From an uncultured Desulfosarcina sp. (GTDB lineage: Bacteria > Desulfobacterota > Desulfobacteria > Desulfobacterales > Desulfosarcinaceae), in the NCBI GenBank assembly GCA_963674945.2, contig CAXXWQ010000003.1:928001-992000 (forward strand): DNA of 64,000 bases. Reading direction: 5' to 3'. Below, one piece after another: positions 37,002 through 47,447 of the stretch (position 1 is the stretch's first letter; each line of letters begins with the position of its first letter). The position numbers were made by a program, and so were the translations under genes. The notes under the pieces were generated by a model that ran no database searches, was not told the origin of the DNA, and saw only the letters and a program-made list of their open reading frames with translations.

Positions 37002-37255
37002 ACAATACATTATGAAAATGGGGATTTACGAAATCGTAATCCCCATTTTTTGTTGGCCAGATGTTGCCCATCTTTTTTATCGTTGCATTATCACAAAAAG
37101 AATTACTTTGTATGTCGGTCAACCATTATTTCTGCAGACGATTGTTGCCCGCTATCATGCCGACGTTATTTTATTGAATTGCATGTTGGCCCGTGGCATG
37201 TGAGGGTATCAGATCCTTTTTTGAATAGGCACGGACAAAAGAGTCCGGTTCCAGT

Positions 37256-39448
37256 GTGGATGCCATGTTAGATGTCCCTTCTTTCAGACAAAAGCCCGGC
37301 TATTGCGGCCCGGCATCGTTAAAAATGGTGCTGGGCTATCTCGGCGTTAACATCACGGAAAAGAAATTGGCGCTGATATCCGGCTGCAAACCGTCCCGTG
37401 GGATCGGTGCGGAAGGTCTGGTGTTGACCGCCCAAAAGCTCGGCTTCCATGCCCGCGTAAAGGATTTTTCTGACCTGAAGGACATCCGGGAGTGGGTCAA
37501 CCGCAAAAAGCTGCCGGTCATCGTCGACTGGTTCGCCTTCGAAGGTGGCCACTACTCGGTCGTCAGTGGCATCGACAAAGAGAACATCTATCTCGAAGAC
37601 CCGAGCCTGGGTCATCGGCGGGCGCTGAAGCTCTCGACGTTCATGCGGCTGTGGTTCGACTTCCCTACCAACTACCTCCGATCCAGGGATGATCTGATCA
37701 TCCGACGGATGATCATCATCGACAGGCGCTCCCAGTATGAACGGTTTCGGAAAACCAGCGGCTTTTATGAAGAATTGAAGAAGCTGGCGGACGGGCGGCG
37801 CGACATCCAGATCGAACGGCATCGCCTCAAACACGATCGTAAGGGATACGATTTCTACCGCATCGCCTCGCGCAACGCCGAACCGCGCGACCGGTTCATG
37901 CTCATCCGCGCCGGGGTCCACGGTGATGAAGTGGCCGGCCCGTTGACCATCCTCCATTATTTCAACCGCATCGTCGACTATGCCCACAAACGAGGGCTCA
38001 AGCTCATCATCTATCCGCTGGGCAATCCAGCCGGCTACGATGCCCGGCAGCGCTACAACACCGATGACGCCGAGGAATCGGCCGTGAACAACGATTTCGT
38101 GCGCTACGAGCTTGAAAACGGAAATATCGTGGATGATGTCCGTCGGGGCGCTAAATTCAGGCGGTGGTACTGGTCGTCCGACAGCCGGCTGCAGTTGAGC
38201 CTGCCGGCCGAAACGCGCCTCATGCACCACCTTCTGCGGCGCGACCCCCTTGAAAACATCGTCGCGGCTCTTGATCTGCATCAGGACAACATCTCCCGGA
38301 TCGACCAAGCCGCCACCTACCACTACGCATTCGGTGATCTCTCGGTCTACCGCAGGATCGTGGAGACGATCCGCAAGGCCGTGCCGGTTCTGGATCACAA
38401 GATAATCAGCGCCGGACAAACCAGCGGTATGCGAACCGACGAAGAGGGCTTCATCGTCCGGCACGACGGCACCTTGGGCGATCTGCTGTCCCGGTTGGGA
38501 GTACCGTATCCGGTTACGGCCGAAACCACCGGAAGAACACCGCTCGATAAGGCTTTTCGGGTCAATTGGTTGTGGATCAAGGGGCTGATCGACCTGACGG
38601 CACGAAAACGCGCCGTCGTCAAACGGCCGTTTGCCGGCGAGGTCGCCCAACCATTCAAGAAACATGCAACCGGGCATCGCCTGATCAGAACTGGCCGCAT
38701 CGCGACGGATGCCGGCGTTCACCCCATCTACGCGGCCTTGACCCGGAACTACCGCAGCGATCTTCCCCGCATCATTCTCTCGGCCGGCATTCACGGCGAA
38801 GAACCGGCCGGCATCTATGCACTCCTGGATTTCATGAAGCGGGGCATGACCCAATTCCTGAGGCATTTTTCATTTCTGATCCTGCCCTGCCTCAATCCGT
38901 ACGGTTTCACCCGCGGTGTGCGTTACGGCAGCGGTGCGGCCGATCTAAACCGCGCCTTCGACAAGGTGTCCGGGGTGCCGGAGGTAGCGGCCGTAAAGGA
39001 TCTGATTCACCAGTTTCCCGGTCCTTACCGCCTTGCAATCGACCTTCACGAAACCGACACTTATATGCCGCGGGGCAAGGCGTTGTCGGTCGAGGACATT
39101 CCCGCCGGCTTCTATATGTACGAAACCATCCCCGACGGACGGCCGGTTCTTGGCGAGAAAATTCTCCAAGATCTCCGCACCGCAGGCTACACCATTACAA
39201 AGCGCCGATCAGTCTACGGTGCCGAATGCCGCAACGGCCTGATCGCCTCTGTTTCCCCCGACTCTCCCGACTACCCGACGCTGCCCGAATTCAACAGCAC
39301 GCTGGACTGGTATCTGCTCAAGCACTGCTACACGGACCATTTCATCGCAACCGAGACACCCACCGCCTGGCCCCTGCAACGACGGATCGCCGCCCACAAG
39401 AAAGCGCTGATCTGTACGCTCAATCACCTTAAAAAGTATTTGAAATAA
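37256..39448 (+). CDS. Fusion of a C39-like cysteine peptidase and two M14/AstE-like metallo-carboxypeptidase domains
   Basis: QKPGYCGPAS, GHYSVV, EDP; AGVHGDE...LDLHQD; AGIHGEE...DLNR...IDLHET. Confidence 0.8.
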   Translation: MDAMLDVPSFRQKPGYCGPASLKMVLGYLGVNITEKKLALISGCKPSRGIGAEGLVLTAQKLGFHARVKDFSDLKDIREWVNRKKLPVIVDWFAFEGGHYSVVSGIDKENIYLEDPSLGHRRALKLSTFMRLWFDFPTNYLRSRDDLIIRRMIIIDRRSQYERFRKTSGFYEELKKLADGRRDIQIERHRLKHDRKGYDFYRIASRNAEPRDRFMLIRAGVHGDEVAGPLTILHYFNRIVDYAHKRGLKLIIYPLGNPAGYDARQRYNTDDAEESAVNNDFVRYELENGNIVDDVRRGAKFRRWYWSSDSRLQLSLPAETRLMHHLLRRDPLENIVAALDLHQDNISRIDQAATYHYAFGDLSVYRRIVETIRKAVPVLDHKIISAGQTSGMRTDEEGFIVRHDGTLGDLLSRLGVPYPVTAETTGRTPLDKAFRVNWLWIKGLIDLTARKRAVVKRPFAGEVAQPFKKHATGHRLIRTGRIATDAGVHPIYAALTRNYRSDLPRIILSAGIHGEEPAGIYALLDFMKRGMTQFLRHFSFLILPCLNPYGFTRGVRYGSGAADLNRAFDKVSGVPEVAAVKDLIHQFPGPYRLAIDLHETDTYMPRGKALSVEDIPAGFYMYETIPDGRPVLGEKILQDLRTAGYTITKRRSVYGAECRNGLIASVSPDSPDYPTLPEFNSTLDWYLLKHCYTDHFIATETPTAWPLQRRIAAHKKALICTLNHLKKYLK

Positions 39449-39934
39449 TAAAATTATATTACTGAGATATGTAATGCAAAGGCGGGATACCCCTGTAATG
39501 GGTACTGGACATCCTCGTGTCGGCACATCGATTTGTATACCTTTCTCTGGTGTGGATCGATGTTCGTTTTATTGGAATTGTGCATATGAGCGACTTGCCC
39601 CTTGCCATCAACTATACTCGTGTCGCCTGAAGAATATATTGTACGTCGCGTTTTCTTTCGCTCAGCCTGTATCCAGAATATAAGAACCAGTCCTATTATC
39701 TACGAAGATTAAAAAATTTGTGGTCCAAACAGCATATCAAAAAACCATCAAAAACTTGATAATCATTCATTATATAAAAATGACCCAAGGTCATTTAATT
39801 CTTGACTGTTACTTACCGGATATTTAATTTACACCGAAATTACCGCAGATTTCCGTATCCAAAGATTGATCTGCAGGCTGCATCATACGAGTGGCGCGAT
39901 TGAATGTAAAAACAGACAAAAATGAGGTTATACG

Positions 39935-40270
39935 ATGAAAACGATTTTCATTACCCTTATCGTCTTCCTGGCAATAGTATTCTTTGGTATGGCATCTTCG
40001 GCGCGTGCTTTTTTTGTTCCCATTTCTTCCACAGTTGCGTCAATCTTCGGCGGTAGCCTGATCGTAGGTATCAAGGCTCCGATGAACGGAAGCGGTATGG
40101 TAATGGGCGTTGATACGCCAAAGATCCAAATCGACCATCAGCAGACGAAATGTGCCCGGTTCAAAGATCAGAAGGATCAGGAAGAAAACCAGACAAGAAA
40201 ACAGGTTCGAAATTTTGTAATCTTACCCCTGCTGGTTCCAAGCGGTGGAGGCAACCTCTCTTATTTTTAA
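39935..40270 (+). CDS. Small secreted protein, paralog B
   Basis: MKTIFITL...FGMASSARAFF; similar to paralog A and shares its upstream region. Confidence 0.65.
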   Translation: MKTIFITLIVFLAIVFFGMASSARAFFVPISSTVASIFGGSLIVGIKAPMNGSGMVMGVDTPKIQIDHQQTKCARFKDQKDQEENQTRKQVRNFVILPLLVPSGGGNLSYF

Positions 40271-40642
40271 TGGAATTACAAACTCCCTTTGCTTTCTTTT
40301 TTCCCTTTTAATTCCAAATACATGGCTCAAGGAGAACGGCCCCGCTCTCTTTGAATGAATGAAAAGCCGGATCCCCCCGTCCGGTCTTCAATCACATCGG
40401 ATCCGCTCGCATCCATTGTTCCATCCCATCGCCGATAATGGTCGCCCCCATTGATCCACGCCTACTTTTTGTTATATAGTAAAATTTTATCGGCCCTTTC
40501 ATTGGCGTTTCCATTGATCCGCGAAAGCCATAGGGAAAAATGAAAATATCCCCGTTTGTGCCTTTTGAACCGTTCGATTTCCATCCGATTGCGAATCCGG
40601 ATACCCCCTGAAACACAGACAATCTTCTAAGGAATTGTTTTT

Positions 40643-41410
40643 ATGGAATGTATGGAATATACGATCGATTTGGAGAGAAAGAGGAAACGTTTCTTTTTTT
40701 CATTATGCTGCCTGATCATCTTCTTTGTATTTTTTGTCATTACCGTTGTCAACTGGCTACAGCAGGACAGCAGTGAATTAGTGATCGACGTTTTGGTCCT
40801 TTTTATCATGGCCGGCGGATTCATCGCGGTAAAGACCCTGGACATCGATACCACTATTTATTTCGTCATCCATTCTCTGATCTCCTTGCTCCTTCTTTAT
40901 TCTATTTTCATTGGTGCTGGCAAGGAAATGGGGATCTTGTGGGTTTTCTTCATGCCGATACTCTTTTTCTTCTTCTTCGGGAAAAGGCAGGGATTGTTGT
41001 GGGCCATATCGTTTCTGACGGGTGTTTCCCTCATCATGCTTTTTCCACGGATCTTCAACGGGCACGTTTACAGCCATGAAACGGTTTGGCGATTTTTGAT
41101 CACCCTGATAGCGATCACCACTTTTTCCTATGGGTTGGAATCTTCGAGATACTTCTTCGGCAAATTGCTGGAGGAAAAGAATCGAATGCTGCTCAGGGAA
41201 AAGGATCGGCTCGATAAGGCTTTAAAAGAGATAAAGACCCTCAGCGGGTTGATACCGATATGCAGCAATTGCAAAAAAATTCGAAACGACCGGGGCTATT
41301 GGGAAACGGTTGAAGTTTATGTGACGAACCATAGCGATGCCACATTCAGTCACGGTATCTGCCCGGATTGCAGCAGCATCCTATATCCATGGATGAAGCA
41401 CAAAAAGTGA
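40643..41410 (+). CDS. Membrane sensor-like protein with C-terminal Cys-rich domain
   Basis: Several TM helices; LIPICSNCKKIR...FSHGICPDC. Confidence 0.75.
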   Translation: MECMEYTIDLERKRKRFFFSLCCLIIFFVFFVITVVNWLQQDSSELVIDVLVLFIMAGGFIAVKTLDIDTTIYFVIHSLISLLLLYSIFIGAGKEMGILWVFFMPILFFFFFGKRQGLLWAISFLTGVSLIMLFPRIFNGHVYSHETVWRFLITLIAITTFSYGLESSRYFFGKLLEEKNRMLLREKDRLDKALKEIKTLSGLIPICSNCKKIRNDRGYWETVEVYVTNHSDATFSHGICPDCSSILYPWMKHKK

Positions 41411-41482
41411 AAGCAGCAACCCTATTTGCGTCAGCCGAGAATCACGGGCATGGCGCCACATCTTACGCAGATCTTTGACACT

Positions 41483-42487
41483 TCATAATTCACGATCATT
41501 CATTCCATCTTGTGTCTCCCGGAAGATAGTAAATGACCTCTTCTTCCGACTAAGAACAACCAGCGTCTCATAGTGTATTACACCGGGCATATTGCCCAGG
41601 TCCTGAGCCACGAAATTGTGCATCTCACTTGTATTTTGATGGAATGACCATACCATGCAATCGAATGCACCAAAGGTTAGGGAAACCAATTTGACAGGTG
41701 GACGCCGCTTCAATTCATCGGTCAGCGTCTTCAGGTTGGATGGGTGGACTTTGATCAAGGTAATTCCACTGGTGGTGTACCCAAAGAATGCCGGATCAGG
41801 AATACAAATCGTCCGAACAATCTCTTGGTCATAAAGTTTAGACAAACTGAAGCGAACAGATGAAACACTGCCACCAATGACTTCGGCAAGTTCCTTTACG
41901 GATGCTCTTGGAAATTTTTCCAACCCTTTGATTACAGACAGGTCTAAGTCAGTTGGAGTGAAATCCAAGTGCGAAGAAGCAGGAGCATGATTCGTATGTG
42001 TCAAAACCGACCAACTCCTCTTAATCGACCTGGCCGATAACATTATCTCAACCCTTGCGTTTCCCAAAATACTGCCAATCTCAACGGGAAACAGCCTCAT
42101 ATACTCCTCGGGACTCCGGAATAAGGCAACTGCCAGAATATCATAACGTCCTGCAGTTAAACAAATGTATTTGGTTCTATTGATGGAGGCAAGTTGTCCT
42201 GCTATCGTGTTCACAGTTCCAGGAGCGGCATTGATTCCAAATACCACAAGGATTCTATAACCCAAAGCGACATGATCCGACAACGTGCCAATCAGGATGA
42301 CACCCGAGTCAACAAGCCTGTTCAGTCGTCTGCGCACAGTTGGCGGTGATGTGCCTAACTTTGAAGCAAGTGTTGCATAGCTCACCCGAGCGTCCTGTTC
42401 CAACTCTTTTACAAGCCTCGTATCCAACTCATCCAAGGCCGTTCGACTATTTTCAAAGCTTTCCATCAACGGCTTTTCCTCGATCAA
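41483..42487 (-). CDS. Tandem (double) Lrp/AsnC regulator
   Basis: Two HTH-plus-RAM units (LDELDTRLVKELEQDAR...; TDLDLSVIKGLEKFPR...). Confidence 0.85.
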   Translation of the reverse strand: MIEEKPLMESFENSRTALDELDTRLVKELEQDARVSYATLASKLGTSPPTVRRRLNRLVDSGVILIGTLSDHVALGYRILVVFGINAAPGTVNTIAGQLASINRTKYICLTAGRYDILAVALFRSPEEYMRLFPVEIGSILGNARVEIMLSARSIKRSWSVLTHTNHAPASSHLDFTPTDLDLSVIKGLEKFPRASVKELAEVIGGSVSSVRFSLSKLYDQEIVRTICIPDPAFFGYTTSGITLIKVHPSNLKTLTDELKRRPPVKLVSLTFGAFDCMVWSFHQNTSEMHNFVAQDLGNMPGVIHYETLVVLSRKKRSFTIFRETQDGMNDREL

Positions 42488-42892
42488 TCGTCAATCTGCA
42501 GATATTCATAGCAATGTTGCTATGTAGCACATTATTTTGAATATCTTAACTAAAAAACCGCAGCGTATTATTTTGACCCCTTTTGCACCATTTTTTTCGA
42601 TCAATATGTTCTTTTTAAACATTTATAATGATATAATACATCATTTATAATTATTTGATATTTTTAACTTTAATTATCATACGTTTGTTTTTGATCATTT
42701 ATATATCATTTTCCAACATATTTTACTATTTATTTGTTTGACTTTGTTCTCTTTTTCGTACTATGAAACAGTTTGTGCCAAGCTGCGTCACGATACGAAC
42801 ACAAGCTGTTTGGCTTCATGTTGATGGTACAGGCACGCAGCGCAAAAAGACGTTTTCATACAACGGGTCTTTAACAAAAGGAGATTGCAAAC

Positions 42893-44134
42893 ATGGCAGA
42901 GGTAAAAATTGGACACATGGAAAATGCTCCATCCGACTGGTACGGCGTACCGCTGGAGGATCAGCATTTTGAGTGGAGTGTGGAGGAGGAACTGATCCTC
43001 AAGCGGTTGTGCGAAAAGATCGGCGAGAACTGTGAAGAGGAAGAGATGACGCCGATGGAGCGATTTCGGGCTACCTTCGAGAAGAAAGACAAGGACCGTC
43101 TTCACATCGAATGCAAGTACAATGTCCCGTATGCCGTTCGCTGTCTTGATTCCTGGGCGGACGCCATAAAGCCCGGTGACTTATATCAGCGGCCCAAGCT
43201 TCACATCATGGGTCATCTGGCCATGGCCGCGCGTTTCAAGCTGGATATCATCAACATTTACGTGATCCACTATACGGAAGAGTGCTGGGGCGGCAACGGG
43301 CGGATGATCGACTACGGGACCCCGCAGATGGTGGGCGAGCCGCCGATCAAGACGATGGAGGATTTGGAGAGCGTATTGCCGGCCGATCCGAAGAAGCACA
43401 GCCTGTATCCCGGATACCTCTGGGCGGCCAAAGAGATAAAAACGATCATGAAAAGATACGGTGTTGCCGATAAGTTGCCTGTGGAGCTGTCGTTCTGCGG
43501 AGATCCTTTGGGCACCATGTTTTTGGGCATGACCGGTTTTGGTCCCGGCACGGTGATGATGAAGAAAAATCCCGAGCTGTTCCAGGCGTGCATGTGGAAG
43601 GCGGCGGAGTTCCAGAAGGCATTCGGCAAGGCGTGCAAGGAGACCGGCCCGGATGGATTGTACATGTGCTCTTTCATGGGATCATTTCCTCCGAAGACGA
43701 AAAAACTGGACAATACGTTCATCATGGATGTGTATGCGGACGTGGGAAAGACGATCAAGTCTCATCTGGGCAAGGATATTCCCATGTGGCATACCCTGGG
43801 CGCAAACGGATGGGAACACTGGCAGGAGCATTACTATCCCCATGGCGCTGTCGGTCCGGGCAGTTTCGACGGCTGGTGGGTCGGCCCTGAGATGGATCCC
43901 GCCTTTATCCATGCCTATGCCAGGGAAAAGGATTTGTACTGCGGGTGCAGTGTGGATGACCATATCGTTCTGGATGGCGATTTTGACGCCGTGGAAGCGG
44001 AACTGAAAGTGCGCGTTGCCGAAGCCAAGAAATATCCCAAGCACTTCCAGGCCCTCGGTGTTCTCGACTACTGGACTCCCATGGAGTATGTGGACAAGCT
44101 GTTTGATATGACCAAGAAAATGGCAAGGTTCTAA
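42893..44134 (+). CDS. UroD/MtaA-CmuA family methyltransferase
   Basis: MTPMERF...DR, GDPLG, MKKNPE motifs; adjacent to a corrinoid protein. Confidence 0.75.
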   Translation: MAEVKIGHMENAPSDWYGVPLEDQHFEWSVEEELILKRLCEKIGENCEEEEMTPMERFRATFEKKDKDRLHIECKYNVPYAVRCLDSWADAIKPGDLYQRPKLHIMGHLAMAARFKLDIINIYVIHYTEECWGGNGRMIDYGTPQMVGEPPIKTMEDLESVLPADPKKHSLYPGYLWAAKEIKTIMKRYGVADKLPVELSFCGDPLGTMFLGMTGFGPGTVMMKKNPELFQACMWKAAEFQKAFGKACKETGPDGLYMCSFMGSFPPKTKKLDNTFIMDVYADVGKTIKSHLGKDIPMWHTLGANGWEHWQEHYYPHGAVGPGSFDGWWVGPEMDPAFIHAYAREKDLYCGCSVDDHIVLDGDFDAVEAELKVRVAEAKKYPKHFQALGVLDYWTPMEYVDKLFDMTKKMARF

Positions 44135-44176
44135 CCATTCTCAAGTCTATACCCAATAGTAAGGAGAAAAGAGCGA

Positions 44177-44827
44177 ATGTCTAAAGAGGAAATCCTTAAG
44201 AAATTAACGGAAGCCACCGTTGAGATCGAAGACGACGATGTAATGGATCTGGTCGACGAAGCGTTGGAGGCGGGCATGGATCCCATGGAGATCATCATCG
44301 AAGGGCTTCAACCGGGTCTGACCATCATCGGTGAGGGCTTCGATGCCCATACGCGATTCACCAGCGACCTGGTTCTGGCCGGCGAGCTGTTAAACGATGT
44401 GATCACCAGGTTGAAGCCGGTGATGGAAAAAGGATCCACGGGTGTGGGCCAGAACATGGTGATCGGCACGGTGGAAGGCGACGAGCACTGCGTGGGCAAG
44501 CGTGTCGTGGCCTCGGTGTTTACCGCGGCCGGTTACAATGTGATCGACATCGGTGAGAACCAGACGGCGGATGCCTTTGTCGCGGCGGCCAAGGAGTACA
44601 ATGCCAAGGTCGTTGGCGCTTCTGCGATTTTAGGCCCCCAGAAGCCGTACTGCAAGGTGATTCATGATGCGCTGGTGGAAGCGGGCATCAGGGACCAGGT
44701 GATATACATCATCGGTGGCTGGGGCATGACGCAGGAGTGGTGCGACAAGGTTTGCGCCGATGCCTATGGCGACACCGCCAATGAAGCCATCGAGAAAGTC
44801 AAGGCGATCGTAGCCGCCAGGGGGTAG
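44177..44827 (+). CDS. Methyltransferase-cognate corrinoid (B12-binding) protein
   Basis: GTVEGDEHCVGK (DxHxxG), VGASA, IIGG. Confidence 0.92.
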   Translation: MSKEEILKKLTEATVEIEDDDVMDLVDEALEAGMDPMEIIIEGLQPGLTIIGEGFDAHTRFTSDLVLAGELLNDVITRLKPVMEKGSTGVGQNMVIGTVEGDEHCVGKRVVASVFTAAGYNVIDIGENQTADAFVAAAKEYNAKVVGASAILGPQKPYCKVIHDALVEAGIRDQVIYIIGGWGMTQEWCDKVCADAYGDTANEAIEKVKAIVAARG

Positions 44828-45508
44828 AAGGGTTACACTGGCAGCCTTGATTATTTGCTCTGTGTGGCATCAGCTGCGGAACCAAATCGGGGGGGCCGAT
44901 TTGTGCGGGCCGATTTTTTCAGTTCCTCCATAATGCTGCCGAGGGCGCTTATCCAGTTGGCCGCTATCGTATGTTTTAGTATTTTTAGCATTGGCTGACG
45001 CCTTCTCGACAAACCGTCCTTTGATGGCAGTTTTCATCAGATTCACTTCGCTTCGATTAGGCTCTCCCTCTCCCGGCACCATGTCTGGAAACATCTGTGA
45101 CAAGGTTCACGCCGGGAGGGGGAGGCCATTGCGGTAGATCTTTCCGGGTACTCCGTACAAAGTACCCACAGGATACGTCGCGGATAACATCTCTGGTGTT
45201 CTTTCCGGGATGTTTTCTTCCATATTAGTGTTCATTGTTCGATACCAGTTCCATTACTGCTATAGACTTTATTTTGAGCATGTATCTATTTTTCGCTCAA
45301 ACGTTCGTGGCTCATTCCCTCTCGGATGAATCCCGAAAGTTGAGTTTTAAGATATTTTCCAACTGATTACTACCCTGATCGTCATTATCATCCAGAGGGC
45401 AGATGATCTAAAGGTCGTAATGACATACGTTTCTAATTTATGCTTTCTGGTTGAAAATAAAAAAGTAAATGCAGAAAGATCATTGGATTTGAAAAGGAGA
45501 AAGACCGG

Positions 45509-45979
45509 ATGAAGAACATGTACGGCAAGGAACTCAAATTCCCTGAAGATCTCTATTATTCGGAAGAGTTTATCTGGGTCAAGGACCTGGGTGGAAACAA
45601 GGTTCAAATCGGTATTTCAGACCTTGGTGTCAAAGCGGTGAAGGAATTGGCGCATGTCAAGATCGTTGCCAAAGAGGGTGCGCAAATCACCAAGGGGAAG
45701 CCAGTCGGGCATGTGGAAACCAGCAAGGGGATCTGGGAGATCATCGCCCCCGTAAGTGGAACCGTAGCCGCGATCAATCCGCCCCTTACCAAGGGAAACG
45801 CCAATCCCATCCAGATGGATTCGTATGGCAAAGGCTGGGTGATGGAAGTTGAAACCGCCGATGACAGTGAAGTAAGGGCACTGAAGAAGGGGGCGGATGA
45901 GGATACCAAGGCATGGATCAACGAGATGATAGAAGAAAATGTGCCATTGATGGATGAAGACGAGGACGATGATGATTAG
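45509..45979 (+). CDS. gcvH: Glycine-cleavage H-like lipoyl carrier protein (orphan)
   Basis: FPEDLYYS...IGISD...VETSKG...APVSGTV...YGKGW. Confidence 0.85.
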   Translation: MKNMYGKELKFPEDLYYSEEFIWVKDLGGNKVQIGISDLGVKAVKELAHVKIVAKEGAQITKGKPVGHVETSKGIWEIIAPVSGTVAAINPPLTKGNANPIQMDSYGKGWVMEVETADDSEVRALKKGADEDTKAWINEMIEENVPLMDEDEDDDD

Positions 45980-46029
45980 GTCGGCCATTACCGATTCGGA
46001 GAATTATAAAGAAAAGGGGTTACCATTAC

Positions 46030-46929
46030 ATGTTTGAATTCGCTACGGAACAGAAAGTATTCGATATCGCCGGCGTCAAAGTCGGCGGCAAGCCCGGAGA
46101 GAACCCTTCCGTCATGATCGGCAGCATGTTCTTCCGCGGTCACAAGATCGTCAAGGATACCGATAAAGGAATCTTCGATAAGGACAAAGCCAAGGCATTG
46201 CTGGACAAAGAAGAAGAATTGTCGCTGAGTACCGGCAATCCGCGCATCATCGATGTCATCGGAGATACCGGTGAGGCATTGATCAACTATATCGAGTGGG
46301 TGGCGGCCAATACCACCTCCCCCATCCTGGTGGATTCTGCGCTTCCCAAGGCACGGATGGAGGCCATCCGGCATTTTGCCGGAAGCGAGCTTATCCCCCG
46401 TCTGATCTACAATTCCATGGAGGGGCACTATAAAGAAGATGAAATGGAGTGTATCGCCGAATGCGGTATCAAGAGCGTGGTGATTCTTCCCCTGACCACC
46501 AAGGCGATCAAGCCGAAAGCCAGGTTCAAACTGCTCAAGGAGAACATGTATCCCGCGGCGAAGAAAGCCGGGCTGGAAAACTTTCTGATCGACCTTGGCA
46601 TACTGGATATCCCCAGCGTCGGTTGGGCCACCCAGGCCGCCCAGCTGGTGAAAAATGAGCTTGGTTTGCCGTGGGGCTGTGCACCATCGAACGCCATTTA
46701 TCTGTGGAAGAAACTGCGTGACCGCGGCACACCGGCCTTCGAAGCCACCGCATCCGTTGTTTACGCATTGCCGCTTTGCTGGGGGGGCAGCTTCATCTTT
46801 TACGGTCCGACCCGAAACGCAAAATGGTTTTATCCGGCGGCAGGGGCGGTGGATGCCATGCTGGCCTACGGCGGAATGAACATGGGGCTGCGACCCGGTC
46901 CGGATCACCCGCTGTTCAAAATATTTTAA
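46030..46929 (+). CDS. mtrH: MtrH-family methyl-corrinoid:pterin methyltransferase
   Basis: EQKVFDIAGVKVGGKPGENPSVMIGSMF, GCAPSNA, FYGP. Confidence 0.85.
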   Translation: MFEFATEQKVFDIAGVKVGGKPGENPSVMIGSMFFRGHKIVKDTDKGIFDKDKAKALLDKEEELSLSTGNPRIIDVIGDTGEALINYIEWVAANTTSPILVDSALPKARMEAIRHFAGSELIPRLIYNSMEGHYKEDEMECIAECGIKSVVILPLTTKAIKPKARFKLLKENMYPAAKKAGLENFLIDLGILDIPSVGWATQAAQLVKNELGLPWGCAPSNAIYLWKKLRDRGTPAFEATASVVYALPLCWGGSFIFYGPTRNAKWFYPAAGAVDAMLAYGGMNMGLRPGPDHPLFKIF

Positions 46930-47447
46930 GGGATTTCTGGCACTGCAAGGACGAAAAATCAATTACCGCACAACAAGGGATTGATTGCAACGGCTCAATA
47001 GCGCCTTTATACGCTTTGGTAAACATCCAACAATGCATATCCTGGCGCTATACTCGTTAATTGAGAGATAACTGCCGTTCCGCTGAATTCTATTCATTTT
47101 TTTACAAGCAATAACTTGTTGCGCCCATGAGACATATTGAACTGAAGCTAGGAATGAATGCGAACAGTTGAATGATCGGTATTTTTACCGTGCAGTAATC
47201 AAAGTCATTACCGGAAATGCTTGCGGCGGGGTGGGAGCCAAAAGCATGTTTTTGCAAAACGTGGTGACGAATCACGGTTACGGAGATCGATCGTTTACAA
47301 GGCGCCAAAAGAGAGGGGGTGATCATCTTTTTTTCAAATAGGGGCAGTCATCATTTTCCATGATGAATCCAGAGTTCTATCGAATTCTCATTCTGGAGAA
47401 ATCTGGGCGCTGATGTGGGATACCAACGCATACTCGAGGAGAGGAAG

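Noticed and set aside
44830..45500. Long intergenic region with hairpins after the corrinoid gene; possible cobalamin riboswitch
   Set aside because: I could not find B12-box consensus elements by eye; an Rfam/Infernal scan would be needed.
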